A stretch of DNA of 64,000 bases. Origin: Candidatus Eremiobacteria bacterium. Lineage in GTDB: Bacteria; Vulcanimicrobiota; Vulcanimicrobiia; Vulcanimicrobiales; Vulcanimicrobiaceae. The DNA lies in NCBI GenBank assembly GCA_963758295.1, contig CAVWUU010000001.1:704001-768000 (forward strand), given 5' to 3'. The notes under the pieces were generated by a model. It was not told where the DNA came from, did not search any database, and was given only the letters and a program-made list of their open reading frames with translations. Each line of letters starts with the position of its first letter. Position 1 is the stretch's first letter. The position numbers were made by a program, and so were the translations under genes. Shown in pieces: positions 47,191-57,112 of the stretch.

Positions 47191-48506
47191 CGTCCGAACT
47201 TCTCGCGTTCTTCATGCGGACGATCGATGCAGGAAACTTGGTACGCGCAGTACGTGCATGCCGAGGGATCTTCCGCAACGGGGAAACGCTGCAATTCACC
47301 TGAGGTCAGATCCCGGCAGATTTCGATCATTCGCGCGCGGGCCCGTTCGAGGTCGGCGACCGAAATCGTTCCGTTCGGAGCGTCGTCGCGGCGCGCAGAC
47401 GACGTCGTCGGAAGCGGTACGACTTCGAGTGAAACGGGCTGTACGTCGGCGAGCGCGTCTTTCAAGGGAATCAACGCGAGCCGCGAAACCCGATCGCCCT
47501 CGGCCGTTCTGGCCCAGTAGTAAAACGGCAGCTGGAAGTCTTTGAACCGTTGAACTTTTTGACGATACTCGGCGGCGGTCGTGGCGATCGTCCCGGTCTT
47601 ATAATCGATGATGGAGACCGTGCCCGTTGCATCGTCGCGATCTAAACGGTCGATGTACCCGACGAAGGCGAACCCGTCTAAATCCAAATTTGCGCCTATC
47701 TCGCGCCCGATGACGGTAAAAGGTGCGCGGCGCGATTGCGAGAGCAGCCAGTCGACGTAACGTTGCGCCGTCCGTTGGGCCCGGCGCTTGTGCAATTCCA
47801 CTTCTACGGCCGTCGCAAAGTCGTTACGATAGCGCTCGAAAGCCCAATTGACGTAGCCTTCGACCTTTTTACGCATCTCCGGTTCGAGCGACGCTTCGGG
47901 ATGCGGAAACTCGCCGTGGAAATCTTCAAGCGCCGCATGAAACGCCGTTCCGTACGTTGACGCGGACGAGCCCGGATCTTCAACGGCCGAACAAACGTAG
48001 CGGTAATACCATTTGCGCGCGCATTCGGCGTACGCATTCAGCGCCGATGCGCTAAAGTGCGACTGGCGCGCGCGAACGCCGTTCGGGGGCTCGGCATCGG
48101 CAGCTTCGGCCAACTCTAATGCCGGAGGTGCTGAAGGGGGCGCGCTTGCGGCCATAGGTGCAAAGCGCTCGTCTACGTACGTCGAAAGGTCTTCCTGCGA
48201 GGGGCGCGTCTCAGCGAAACTGCGAACCGATGTGGCGGCATCCGCAAAGGCAAGCACGGTGTCGCGCTCTTGCGGCGGCAACGCAAGACGACCGCGGCCG
48301 ATTGCATCCAGCAACGGGCCGGCGCGTTGAGCGACAGTTGCATATGCGGCCGCTATGTCGTGTGGAACACCCGACCGCGGCGAGCGCAAAGCACGAATGA
48401 GAAAAACATCGTTTCCGGTACGGCACCATGTCGTGAGGTCGGCAACGAATGCACGGTCGAGAGCATCCACGATAGATGAAGATGGGTTAGGGGTCGCACC
48501 AGGCAC
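47187..48506 (-). CDS. PD-(D/E)XK nuclease, AddB/RecB/Cas4-like with four Cys; start uncertain (48506 or 48470)
   Basis: FSASAL..Y.EC, GTAFHAALE, GYIDRLD, IIDYKTG, QLPFY, CTYCAYQVSC; upstream ORF extension overlaps ubiX and is discounted. Confidence 0.82.
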   Translation of the reverse strand: MPGATPNPSSSIVDALDRAFVADLTTWCRTGNDVFLIRALRSPRSGVPHDIAAAYATVAQRAGPLLDAIGRGRLALPPQERDTVLAFADAATSVRSFAETRPSQEDLSTYVDERFAPMAASAPPSAPPALELAEAADAEPPNGVRARQSHFSASALNAYAECARKWYYRYVCSAVEDPGSSASTYGTAFHAALEDFHGEFPHPEASLEPEMRKKVEGYVNWAFERYRNDFATAVEVELHKRRAQRTAQRYVDWLLSQSRRAPFTVIGREIGANLDLDGFAFVGYIDRLDRDDATGTVSIIDYKTGTIATTAAEYRQKVQRFKDFQLPFYYWARTAEGDRVSRLALIPLKDALADVQPVSLEVVPLPTTSSARRDDAPNGTISVADLERARARMIEICRDLTSGELQRFPVAEDPSACTYCAYQVSCIDRPHEEREKFGR

Positions 48507-48536
48507 CCCTGCATAGGAGGTCAAATCGCGCGAACA

Positions 48537-49103
48537 ATGCGGCGGATTATTCTCGGAATCAGCGGTGCAAGCGGCAGCGCGTACGGTTATATGGCACTGC
48601 AGGCCTTGCGCGCAATCGGAGGCGTCGAGACGCATCTCGTCGTGAGCGACGCGGCGCGCCGCACGATCTCGCTCGAGATGGACATGAGTCCCGAGGATTT
48701 CGAAGCCTTGGCCGACGTCGTCCATCGGGACGACGACCTTGCGTCCGCAATTTCGAGCGGCTCCTTCATAACCGACGGGATGCTGGTCATTCCTTGTTCG
48801 ATGAAGAGCGCAAGTGCGATCGCCTACTCTTTGAACGACAATCTTTTGGTGCGCGCCGCGGACGTCTGCTTGAAGGAGCGACGGAAGCTGGTCCTTGTCG
48901 TGCGTGAAACGCCGCTGCACTTAGGGCATTTGCGAACGCTCACGCAGCTGGCAGAAATAGGCGCGGTGATTCTGCCGCCCATTCCGGCCATGTATGCGAA
49001 TCCGCAAAGCGTGGACGACATCATCGCTCACACCGTAGGCAAAGCGCTCGATCAATTCGGAATCGCGAACGACCTATTCAAACGCTGGCGGACACCGGAG
49101 TAA
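48537..49103 (+). CDS. ubiX: flavin prenyltransferase
   Basis: GISGASG, ISSGSF, PCSMKS, RAADVCLKERRKLVLVVRETP. Confidence 0.94.
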   Translation: MRRIILGISGASGSAYGYMALQALRAIGGVETHLVVSDAARRTISLEMDMSPEDFEALADVVHRDDDLASAISSGSFITDGMLVIPCSMKSASAIAYSLNDNLLVRAADVCLKERRKLVLVVRETPLHLGHLRTLTQLAEIGAVILPPIPAMYANPQSVDDIIAHTVGKALDQFGIANDLFKRWRTPE

Positions 49104-49106
49104 CGT

Positions 49107-49880
49107 TTAGGTTTCGGCAACGAGCCTTTCGGCCAAGGCAACGTCACTGATACGATCGACGTTTACGCCCGTTTCGGCGAACGGCGACACGATCGCCCGA
49201 ACCGGCGCGCCCAGCAGATGAGATGCGCGGTTCTCGGCTTGAGCGACGGTGAGCCGGCGAAACGCAAACCGAAAAACCATATCCCAGCCGAATAATGAAG
49301 CCAAGTGCAGCGGGTTCTTGCGCGCGGCTCCCAAGCGTTCGATGAAACGCTCGAGATGTGGGAGCACTCGCGGTTTGATCGCGATCATGCCGCCGCCGCA
49401 ATACGTGCCGTCGCGCAGTCGCGCCCATGTGTGCGGAACTTCCGGAAACCGCGCCATATGGACGGACCGTTCCAGACATCCATAGCCCACGTCGGGATCC
49501 AGCTTGCGCGCTCGTGAGACGAAGTCGTCGACGGCCGCGACGGTAAGAATCGGTAAATCCGATGCGACGACGATCGCAAGCTCGTCCAGTGGCAATCCCG
49601 CGAGTCCGTTTCGCAGACTTTCGCTAATCTTTACGCCGTCGGGCCGTTTTTCGTTGGCAAGCGCCAAAGCCGGATGCTCGTGTGCGGCGATCGGCGCCAC
49701 GGCGATAATGCGATCGATCGACGCGCTCGCCTTTAAGGGACGCATCGTTCGTTCCACGAGCGTCACGCCGTCGATCAATACGAAAGCTTTATTGGGCGCC
49801 CCGTTTTGGAGGTGCGCGACGTCGTCGGGCGGTCCTCCGGCGAGCACAACGGCCGCCGTCATCGGTTTGCGCTCCGCCAT
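49107..49880 (-). CDS. MobA-like NTP transferase domain protein
   Basis: AVVLAGG, PNKA, SDLP, NVD; overlaps the ispE 3' end. Confidence 0.8.
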   Translation of the reverse strand: MAERKPMTAAVVLAGGPPDDVAHLQNGAPNKAFVLIDGVTLVERTMRPLKASASIDRIIAVAPIAAHEHPALALANEKRPDGVKISESLRNGLAGLPLDELAIVVASDLPILTVAAVDDFVSRARKLDPDVGYGCLERSVHMARFPEVPHTWARLRDGTYCGGGMIAIKPRVLPHLERFIERLGAARKNPLHLASLFGWDMVFRFAFRRLTVAQAENRASHLLGAPVRAIVSPFAETGVNVDRISDVALAERLVAET

Positions 49881-50728
49881 TCCGGCGTGGGAGCGAAGGC
49901 GGACACAAAACGGGCGAACGCGTCGGGAAGATCTAGGCGCTCCCCAAGCGCTTCGATTTCCGAACGGTCCTGCGCGATCGTGAATACGGCTGACCCTGAG
50001 CCGGAAAGAAGCGCGTTCTTTGCGCCGGCTGCTTTCAGCGCATCAACCGCGTGCGCGACCTCCGCCGTCTTCTCTACGATTGCGTCGTGGAAGTCGTTCA
50101 TCATCAACGTTTGCACGCCGGCAAAATCGGCGCGCTGTAACGCGGCTATCATGGCCAGAGAAACGGAACTGTTCCGCGGGCGGGAGGGGCGTTCGATGCG
50201 ATCGAGTTCGCCATAAGCTTCGGCCGTCGATACGGCTGCGGGCGGCTTCACAACGAGCACGTGCCACGCCGGCAGCGTCCCGAGCGCTGTAACGCGTTCT
50301 CCGGTGCCCTCGACCAAAGCCGCGCTTCCCGTTAAAAAAAATGGAACGTCGGAGCCGAGCGAGCGCGCCATCGCCACCCAATCCGGTTGCAGAATGCTGC
50401 CGAACGCACCGTTCATTGCGGCGCGTAGCACGGCGGCGGCATCGCTCGAGCCTCCGCCCATTCCCGCCTGCGTTGGAATTCGTTTTGAAAGCGCAATGCG
50501 CACGGCCGGTTCTGATTGGATCGCAAACGCGGCCTTTACGACGAGATTATCGTCGCCGCACAATGATCCGTTATCGCACGAAAACGAGAATGTGTTCGCC
50601 GGTTCGACGATAAGCTCGTCATAAACGGCAACCGGCACCATGACGGAGCGTAGCGCATGATACCCATCCGGACGACGGTTCAGCACTTCGAGCGTAAGAT
50701 TTATTTTAGCGGGACATAGGAGCTTCAT
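49859..50728 (-). CDS. ispE: 4-diphosphocytidyl-2-C-methyl-D-erythritol kinase
   Basis: PAKINLTL, R.DGYH, KRIP..AGMGGGSSDAA, LGSDVPFF, LSGSGS. Confidence 0.95.
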   Translation of the reverse strand: MKLLCPAKINLTLEVLNRRPDGYHALRSVMVPVAVYDELIVEPANTFSFSCDNGSLCGDDNLVVKAAFAIQSEPAVRIALSKRIPTQAGMGGGSSDAAAVLRAAMNGAFGSILQPDWVAMARSLGSDVPFFLTGSAALVEGTGERVTALGTLPAWHVLVVKPPAAVSTAEAYGELDRIERPSRPRNSSVSLAMIAALQRADFAGVQTLMMNDFHDAIVEKTAEVAHAVDALKAAGAKNALLSGSGSAVFTIAQDRSEIEALGERLDLPDAFARFVSAFAPTPEWRSANR

Positions 50729-50795
50729 CTGAGGCACGAGCCGTATTCCGGTTGCTTCAAAGGGGAGCCTGCGCAAAGAGCGTAGTGCAGGCGCC

Positions 50796-53243
50796 ATGGG
50801 GCCCAGCTATGACGCACAGCGGAACGAATTTTGCGCGTATGTCGTTCCGGAATCACAAACGCCCTACGGCCTGCTTCTCGGCAACTATAAAGCCTACGCG
50901 CAATCGACCGCGAAGGGCGGTGTGCGCGGGCTTTGGGACGCCGATACGGACCAGATTATTTTCGGAACGCACCAAATTGCGTACCGGATAGCCGATGGCC
51001 AGCAGACGCTCTTTCCGCATCAAATCACGCGCGAATTTACGTTCTTGCCGTACGCGCAGATTTCGGAGTTCACGCTCGAGCATCGCATACACGTAACGGA
51101 AGCCTTCTTCGTGCCCCACGGCGCGGCGTTCGATCGCACGGTCGCGTTCGTGCTGGACGTGACGCTCTACAACCCGGGCGGGACCGAAGTCGAAGTCGCG
51201 GTTTTTCCTTGGGCGATGCTGGTCGGCCAGCGTTTCTACGGCGAACCGGAACATGAAGTTACGGCCTGGTCCGAAGGGCGCTTCATCTGTTCTCGCAACG
51301 TTGAAACGGGCGCGGAACGGTGGTGGGGCGGATCGCGAGAACCGGTCGCGGTGGAGCTCTCGCTCCGCGAGCAGGTACTGCTCGAAAACATGCGCCGGTC
51401 GACGCTCGTGCCTGAAGACGTACCGGGGTTCGGCCACGTAACGCCGGAGCTGGCAAAGTTTGTCAGCCGCCGCATTTTCGGCGCATTCGAGTATCGCATC
51501 AAAGTGCCGCCCGGATCGCGCGAGTCGTTGCGTCTTTCCGTCGTCTATCATAAGGACGGAACGGATCGCAGCCGTCCGGTCCTGGAGCGTTTGCTCGCCG
51601 ATAAGCGCGCGCTGCACGACACACAGCGCTATTACGGGACGCGCCTCGCCGACGCGCGGTTTATGACGCCTTCGCCGACGATCAGCCGCGGCGTCGTCTG
51701 GGCGAAAGCCAACATGTTGCGCATCGTCAAGGATTATCCGCACGGCTGGGGGTCGACGAATTCGCCGCCGTCGGACATTTTGGTTTCGAGGGACACGTCT
51801 TGGTTCGTGCACGGGTTCGACTATTTCTGGCCGCAGTTCAGCCGCGACGCTCTCGAGGTCTTCAATTCCTTCGTCGACGAGTCAGGACTGATGATCGAGT
51901 ACGTGCGCGGGGTGAACGGCTACAAGACCGCGTACGATCTGAACATCAACGACGACACGCCGTTGCATTTGATTGCCATGTTGCATCATTACAACGCAAC
52001 GCTCGACGATTCGTGGGTTCGCGAACGGCTTGCACTCATCGTAAAGATTACGGATTACATGATGACGCAGGTCGACGATCAGGGGCTATTGTTCTGCAAG
52101 GCCAAGGGCGTCGACATGTACGGCATCTCGTCGTGGCGCAACATTATCCCGTACTACACGCTCGACGGCGCGGTGACGGAAATTAATGCCGAAGGCGTAT
52201 ATGCGCTTGAAGCGGCGGCGATGCTGTGCGCGGTGGCCGGCGACAACGAGCACTGGGAGAAGTACTCGCAGCAAGCGCAGCAGCTGCGCAAAGCGATGAT
52301 GGACTATCTATTCAACGACGACACCGGCGCGTTCGTGCTGAACTACGATCAGGATCGCAACTATCAGGATAACTTCACCGCCGACGAAGTGTTCCCAGTC
52401 CTCTTCAATGTTGCCAATCCCGATCAGCGACGCGCGATCTTAAAGCGGCTGCTGGAAGCGGATTTCGTGACGCCGGTAGGGCTGCGCACCATTTCGACGG
52501 CCGACTCCTGGTATTTTCCGTCGTATGGCTTCGGCTTGCTCGGCGGTATTTGGCCCGATCTCACGTTGTGGTTCGCCTACGCACTTGCGCGCAACGGCTT
52601 CGTGGACGACAGCGCGCATTTCTTGAGCGTCGTATATGAAACAATGGAAGGCGGAAGCCCGCGCAACACCGTTCCCGGCGAGTTCGGTGAATGGTTCGAC
52701 GGCGGCTCGCTTTCGAATCGGGGCATGTATCTTTCGCCGTGGACCGGCGCCAAATACATTTGGGCGGTTGCCGAAACGATCGGCGGACTCGATGGCTACC
52801 GTACCAGCGGAAGACCGCATCTCGTGCCGTTGCGTGTGAAAGGCTGGCAGTGGATGGCGGCCGGTTCCGTGCACTGGGGCGGACGGCGGTGCAGCTACAT
52901 CATCGATCTAAAGAACGATACGATCTACGGCGACATGCCGGAGCTTTCGGCGGAAGAGCCGTTTACGTGCATTTACGCGGGACACGACGTGAGCCGGGAA
53001 GTGATGATATCACCGGTGGAAGTGGGCGCGCTTGCGTTCGAAGACGACAACGGCGCCGTTCGAATTTTCGTCTGCAACATGATGGATCGCGAGCGCAACG
53101 TACTCGTGGAGTTTCGGGGTCACACTGCGCGGGTGGAGATGGCGGCAGGCGAACTTCGCGAGGTGCATTTGATCGGCGAGCCGACCGACCGTAAAGCGCG
53201 AGCGAAGAAACTCGACGTCGTCCCGGCAATGACGCGCGCTTAG
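50796..53243 (+). CDS. (alpha/alpha)6 glycoside hydrolase, amylo-alpha-1,6-glucosidase/GH63-like
   Basis: 815 aa; SRDTSW, DDTPL, TEINA, TPVGLRT, GGIWP, FGEWFDG; family assignment uncertain. Confidence 0.7.
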   Translation: MGPSYDAQRNEFCAYVVPESQTPYGLLLGNYKAYAQSTAKGGVRGLWDADTDQIIFGTHQIAYRIADGQQTLFPHQITREFTFLPYAQISEFTLEHRIHVTEAFFVPHGAAFDRTVAFVLDVTLYNPGGTEVEVAVFPWAMLVGQRFYGEPEHEVTAWSEGRFICSRNVETGAERWWGGSREPVAVELSLREQVLLENMRRSTLVPEDVPGFGHVTPELAKFVSRRIFGAFEYRIKVPPGSRESLRLSVVYHKDGTDRSRPVLERLLADKRALHDTQRYYGTRLADARFMTPSPTISRGVVWAKANMLRIVKDYPHGWGSTNSPPSDILVSRDTSWFVHGFDYFWPQFSRDALEVFNSFVDESGLMIEYVRGVNGYKTAYDLNINDDTPLHLIAMLHHYNATLDDSWVRERLALIVKITDYMMTQVDDQGLLFCKAKGVDMYGISSWRNIIPYYTLDGAVTEINAEGVYALEAAAMLCAVAGDNEHWEKYSQQAQQLRKAMMDYLFNDDTGAFVLNYDQDRNYQDNFTADEVFPVLFNVANPDQRRAILKRLLEADFVTPVGLRTISTADSWYFPSYGFGLLGGIWPDLTLWFAYALARNGFVDDSAHFLSVVYETMEGGSPRNTVPGEFGEWFDGGSLSNRGMYLSPWTGAKYIWAVAETIGGLDGYRTSGRPHLVPLRVKGWQWMAAGSVHWGGRRCSYIIDLKNDTIYGDMPELSAEEPFTCIYAGHDVSREVMISPVEVGALAFEDDNGAVRIFVCNMMDRERNVLVEFRGHTARVEMAAGELREVHLIGEPTDRKARAKKLDVVPAMTRA

Positions 53244-53244
53244 C

Positions 53245-54144
53245 GTGATCGTCGACCCGCTCGCCGGCGATCGTACGCTCCTCGGCATGACGCGCGCTGC
53301 GCGTCCCGACGAGTATCGCGACGGTAGCGCCGAGCGGTGTCCGTTCTGTCCCGGAAACGAAGACGAAACGCCGCCGACGATCGCTGCGAAACTTGAAAGC
53401 GGCGGCGCGTGGGTGGCGCGCGCGTTCGCAAATCGGTATCCGGCGATCGCCGAACCGAACGGCGAGCACGAAGTCATCGTCGATTCGCCTTCGCACGATC
53501 GGGAAACGACCACCGAAGGATTCGAACTGTGGCACGAGCGCTATGTGGCGGCGGTGAAGCGCGAGCGTGCCGCCGTTCCCGTGCTGTTCAAAAATCGCGG
53601 TGCGGCCGCGGGCGCCACAATTGTCCATCCGCACGCCCAGCTGATCGTCGTCCGCTCCGAAGTGCCGCGTTTCTCGGCCATGCGGGCGCTTGGCATAGCG
53701 TATTTTGAACGCGAGGGAGAATGCGGCTGGTGCCAAGAGCTGCTAAGGAGTGCCCTTTGCGGAGGAACAGTGGCAGAGACTGAACGCGCGGTGATGTACG
53801 CCCGGCCGGAATCGCGTTTCGGCAACGCCGTGGTTGTTTCGCCACGCAGTTGTGCGCCCTCGATCGATCGAGCCGGCAAAGCGGCGTGGCTGTCAGCCTG
53901 CTCGCTGCTGGATCTGGCGATCCGAGCACTGACCAACGCGCGCGGAGAATCCGCTTCCTATAACGTGCTCGTGGCAAGCGATCCGCTCGCTGCTGTTTCG
54001 ACGATGCACTGGCACCTGGAACTCGTACCTCGTTCGTCGGCACTGGCCGGTTTCGAACTGGCCAGCGGTATGTACATCAAGACGCAGCAGGAGTCGGTGG
54101 AAGCGTGGCGCCGAATGATAGCCGTCCTCGATGGACCCATCTAA
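53245..54144 (+). CDS. GalT-family hexose-1-phosphate nucleotidyltransferase
   Basis: CPFCPGNE, NRYP, HEVI, KNRG..AGA...HPHAQ, HWHLELVPR..AGFELASG. Confidence 0.82.
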   Translation: MIVDPLAGDRTLLGMTRAARPDEYRDGSAERCPFCPGNEDETPPTIAAKLESGGAWVARAFANRYPAIAEPNGEHEVIVDSPSHDRETTTEGFELWHERYVAAVKRERAAVPVLFKNRGAAAGATIVHPHAQLIVVRSEVPRFSAMRALGIAYFEREGECGWCQELLRSALCGGTVAETERAVMYARPESRFGNAVVVSPRSCAPSIDRAGKAAWLSACSLLDLAIRALTNARGESASYNVLVASDPLAAVSTMHWHLELVPRSSALAGFELASGMYIKTQQESVEAWRRMIAVLDGPI

Positions 54145-54583
54145 ACGTTTTATAACCCTCGTGCTCGCGGCCGGCGTGCTCGTTCTGATCGCGGCGATCG
54201 CGCTTGGCGAACACATGGGAAATCGCGTGCTCGGCGAGGCCTCAAGCTCCGGTCCCCAGGCAATGCCGGTCGTTTCGCCGGTTCCGACCTCGACCGCGGG
54301 TCCGTTCGGTCCCGATTGGAAGAGGATGCAAACGCTGGCGGCCGCGCCCGATCCGAACTTTCCGGATCCGCGCGTTCCGCCGAAGCCGCTGCCGACGCTC
54401 AGCCCGACACCTAAGCCGACGCCGTCACCGAAGCCGAAACGTACCTATAATCCAAATCTGCCGGTCTGGGATCAAGCGCCGTTCGCAACCCTGGTGCCCA
54501 GCTCTCCGCCTAGCGCCCAACCGAGCGTTAGTTCCTCCCCGGAAGCGGGAACGAACTCAGGGGAAGCTACGCCTCAACCTTAG
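54131..54583 (+). CDS. membrane-anchored Pro-rich hypothetical protein
   Basis: N-terminal TM; PTPKPTPSPKP low-complexity region. Confidence 0.6.
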   Translation: MDPSKRFITLVLAAGVLVLIAAIALGEHMGNRVLGEASSSGPQAMPVVSPVPTSTAGPFGPDWKRMQTLAAAPDPNFPDPRVPPKPLPTLSPTPKPTPSPKPKRTYNPNLPVWDQAPFATLVPSSPPSAQPSVSSSPEAGTNSGEATPQP

Positions 54584-54703
54584 CCGGGGCGTGCCGCAAC
54601 GTCTCGGCTAAGCCGAGTGTTGTCCCTAATGTCTCCATTGGAATCGCCTGATACGATAGAGACATAGGGCGCTTTTTGCCCCTTTCCGGGAGAGTAATTA
54701 ATC

Positions 54704-55600
54704 GTGGCAGATCAACAGAAGGGTACCGTTACCGTCAAACGCGGCCTGGCGCAGATGCTTAAGGGCGGCGTGATCATGGACGTCGTGACGCCGGAGCAGG
54801 CCGTCGTGGCGCAAGAAGCCGGTGCGGTTGCCGTTATGGCGCTCGAACGCATTCCGTCGGACATCCGTGCGATGGGCGGCGTCGCGCGCATGAGCTCGAT
54901 CGAACTGATTCAAGGCATCATGGACGCGGTCACCATTCCGGTGATGGCCAAAATTCGCATCGGCCACTTCGCCGAAGCGCAAGTTCTCCAGTCGATCGGC
55001 GTCGATTACATCGACGAGTCCGAAGTGCTGACCCCGGCCGACGATCTGTATCACGTCGACAAACACGAGTATACGACGCCGTTCGTTTGCGGCTCTCGCG
55101 ATCTCGGTGAAGCGCTGCGCCGCATCGCCGAAGGTGCCGCTATGATCCGCAGTAAGGGCGAAGCGGGAAGCGGCAACATCGTTGAAGCGGTTCGCCACAT
55201 TCGCGCGATTCGCGATGCCATCGCCTTGCTCACCGTTACGCCGAAAGAAGAACTTGTTGCGCGTGCGCGCGATCTCGGCGCGCCGCTCGAACTCGTTAAG
55301 GAAGTAGCGGAAACCGGGAAGCTCCCCGTCGTGCTGTTCTGCGCCGGCGGCGTTTCGACGCCCGCAGACGCGGCGCTCATGATGCAGCTCGGCGCCGAAG
55401 GCATCTTTGTCGGCAGCGGCATCTTCAAATCGAACGATCCGAAGCAGTTCGCGAAAGCGATCGTCGACGCGACGACGCACTTCAACGATCCGAAGATCAT
55501 TGCGGAAGCGTGCCGTTCGCTCGGCACGTCGGACGCGATGCCCGGAATCGACATCCGCAAGCTGCCCGAGTCTGAACTGCTCGCAACGCGCGGAAACTAA
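54704..55600 (+). CDS. pdxS: pyridoxal 5'-phosphate synthase lyase subunit
   Basis: [40 protein letters not shown]. Confidence 0.97.
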   Translation: MADQQKGTVTVKRGLAQMLKGGVIMDVVTPEQAVVAQEAGAVAVMALERIPSDIRAMGGVARMSSIELIQGIMDAVTIPVMAKIRIGHFAEAQVLQSIGVDYIDESEVLTPADDLYHVDKHEYTTPFVCGSRDLGEALRRIAEGAAMIRSKGEAGSGNIVEAVRHIRAIRDAIALLTVTPKEELVARARDLGAPLELVKEVAETGKLPVVLFCAGGVSTPADAALMMQLGAEGIFVGSGIFKSNDPKQFAKAIVDATTHFNDPKIIAEACRSLGTSDAMPGIDIRKLPESELLATRGN

Positions 55601-55603
55601 GTC

Positions 55604-56218
55604 GTGAACGCTCCGGTAGTCGGCGTGTTGGCTCTGCAAGGCGATGTGGTAGAACACCTCGCCGCGTTGCAGCGCGCCGGCGGGGAAGCCATTGCCGTTA
55701 AGACGCTGGACGATTTGAACCGTGTCGACGGGTTGGTGATTCCCGGTGGCGAGTCTACCACGGTTATGAAACTGCTGGCGCGCTTCCAGCTCGGCCAACC
55801 GATCCGGGAGCGCGTTCGTGCGGGAATGCCTTTATGGGGCACCTGCATGGGCATGATCGTCGCGGCGCACGACGTGGCGGGCCTCGAGCAACCGACGCTG
55901 GATTTGATCGACATAACCGTTCGGCGCAATGCTTTTGGACGGCAGAACGAGTCGACCGAGGTTGACATGTTCATTCCGGCGCTAGGAGAGCGGCCGTTTC
56001 CCGCCGTCTTCATTCGCGCGCCATGGATAGAACGCGCCGGCCCGGCAGTCGAAGTGCTGGCCGAGCGAAACGGCTATGGCGTGATGGTTCGTCAGGGGCG
56101 CGTCCTCGGAACGGCCTTCCATCCCGAACTGACGCAAGACTCGCGCGTCCACGCGTACTTCTTGAAACTCGTCGAAGAAGCGAAAGCGAACGTAGGTAAT
56201 ACCTCTACCGCCGCGTAA
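55604..56218 (+). CDS. pdxT: pyridoxal 5'-phosphate synthase glutaminase subunit
   Basis: GVLALQG, PGGEST, GTCMG, RNAFGRQ, FIRAP, FHPEL. Confidence 0.96.
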   Translation: MNAPVVGVLALQGDVVEHLAALQRAGGEAIAVKTLDDLNRVDGLVIPGGESTTVMKLLARFQLGQPIRERVRAGMPLWGTCMGMIVAAHDVAGLEQPTLDLIDITVRRNAFGRQNESTEVDMFIPALGERPFPAVFIRAPWIERAGPAVEVLAERNGYGVMVRQGRVLGTAFHPELTQDSRVHAYFLKLVEEAKANVGNTSTAA

Positions 56219-56230
56219 CTCTTCGCTCAA

Positions 56231-56521
56231 ATGAGTCCGCAGGCGGCGAACCCCGGCGTCGAAACGTCTGGATTCCAAGGGCAGATCCCCGCGCTGGAGC
56301 CGTTGCTCACAGAAGTGATCGCGACGCTGGCTTTAGCGGCGCATGCGTACCTGACGGACGACGACGGAAAACAACCCGACTTTCCCTCTGCCGAAGCGGC
56401 GATCGACGTCGCTAGTGCAGCATTCGAACGCGTGAAAGAAAGGTTGCGGCCCGACGAAAGGTTAGCCATCACTCAGATGCTGACCGAGACTAGAATGACG
56501 TTTGTAAGGAAGCGAGGCTGA
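56231..56521 (+). CDS. small helical protein, DUF1844-like
   Basis: A..AID, L..DE....QML.E.RM.FV pattern. Confidence 0.55.
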   Translation: MSPQAANPGVETSGFQGQIPALEPLLTEVIATLALAAHAYLTDDDGKQPDFPSAEAAIDVASAAFERVKERLRPDERLAITQMLTETRMTFVRKRG

Positions 56522-56546
56522 TGTTGCCTCGCTTTCTTCATTTTTT
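56508..56546 (+). terminator. intrinsic terminator of the pdxST unit
   Basis: GGAAGCGAGGC-7 nt-GCCTCGCTTTC, then T-rich tract. Confidence 0.7.
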
Positions 56547-56579
56547 GCCATCGCCCACTCGACTTATTGGAGGCCAATA

Positions 56580-57107
56580 GTGAGCGACGTGCTCGTCCTG
56601 AATTTCACCTACGAAGCGCTGAACATTACAAGTTTCCAGCGTGCCGTGAAGTTGCTCTTCAGCGGCAAAGCCGAGATCGTTCACAACCGCGACCGTATTC
56701 TCGCGTCGACGAAATACGAGATGCGCATGCCGTCGATCATCCGGATGCTGTACTACATCCGCCGGCCAATGCAGAAGGTCGCGCTAACGAAGAAGAACGT
56801 GCTGATTCGCGACGATCACACGTGTCAGTACTGTGGAATTCGCGGCGAAAAACTCATGACCGTCGATCACGTCGTCCCGCGCAGCCGCGGCGGCCCTTCG
56901 ACTTGGGAGAATCTCGTGTGCGCGTGCATGCGGTGCAACAACCGCAAGAACAACCGCACGCCGGACGAGGCCAACATGGCTATGAAACGCAAGCCTCGTC
57001 AACCGAAGTACATCCCCTGGATCCAGATCAAGCGCAACACTTTACCGGATGAATGGGGCAAGTTCTTATTCCTCTACAACGTCTCCATCGAAGAACGCGT
57101 CGAATAG
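56580..57107 (+). CDS. HNH endonuclease (McrA-like, Zn-binding)
   Basis: VLVLN..YE, RD..TCQYCG, TVDHVVPRSRGG..TWENLV.AC..CN..K; GGAGG SD. Confidence 0.92.
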   Translation: MSDVLVLNFTYEALNITSFQRAVKLLFSGKAEIVHNRDRILASTKYEMRMPSIIRMLYYIRRPMQKVALTKKNVLIRDDHTCQYCGIRGEKLMTVDHVVPRSRGGPSTWENLVCACMRCNNRKNNRTPDEANMAMKRKPRQPKYIPWIQIKRNTLPDEWGKFLFLYNVSIEERVE

Positions 57108-57112
57108 CCCCC

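Noticed and set aside
47187..48506. Cas4 / CRISPR adaptation gene
   Set aside because: No cas1, cas2 or repeat-spacer array in the window; helicase context favours AddB-like
48537..49103. ubiX without ubiD as a novel system
   Set aside because: Unlinked ubiX and ubiD are common; cannot be judged from this window
56580..57107. IscB/HEARO or Cas9-like RNA-guided nuclease
   Set aside because: Only 175 aa with no PLMP or RuvC motifs; matches the common stand-alone HNH family
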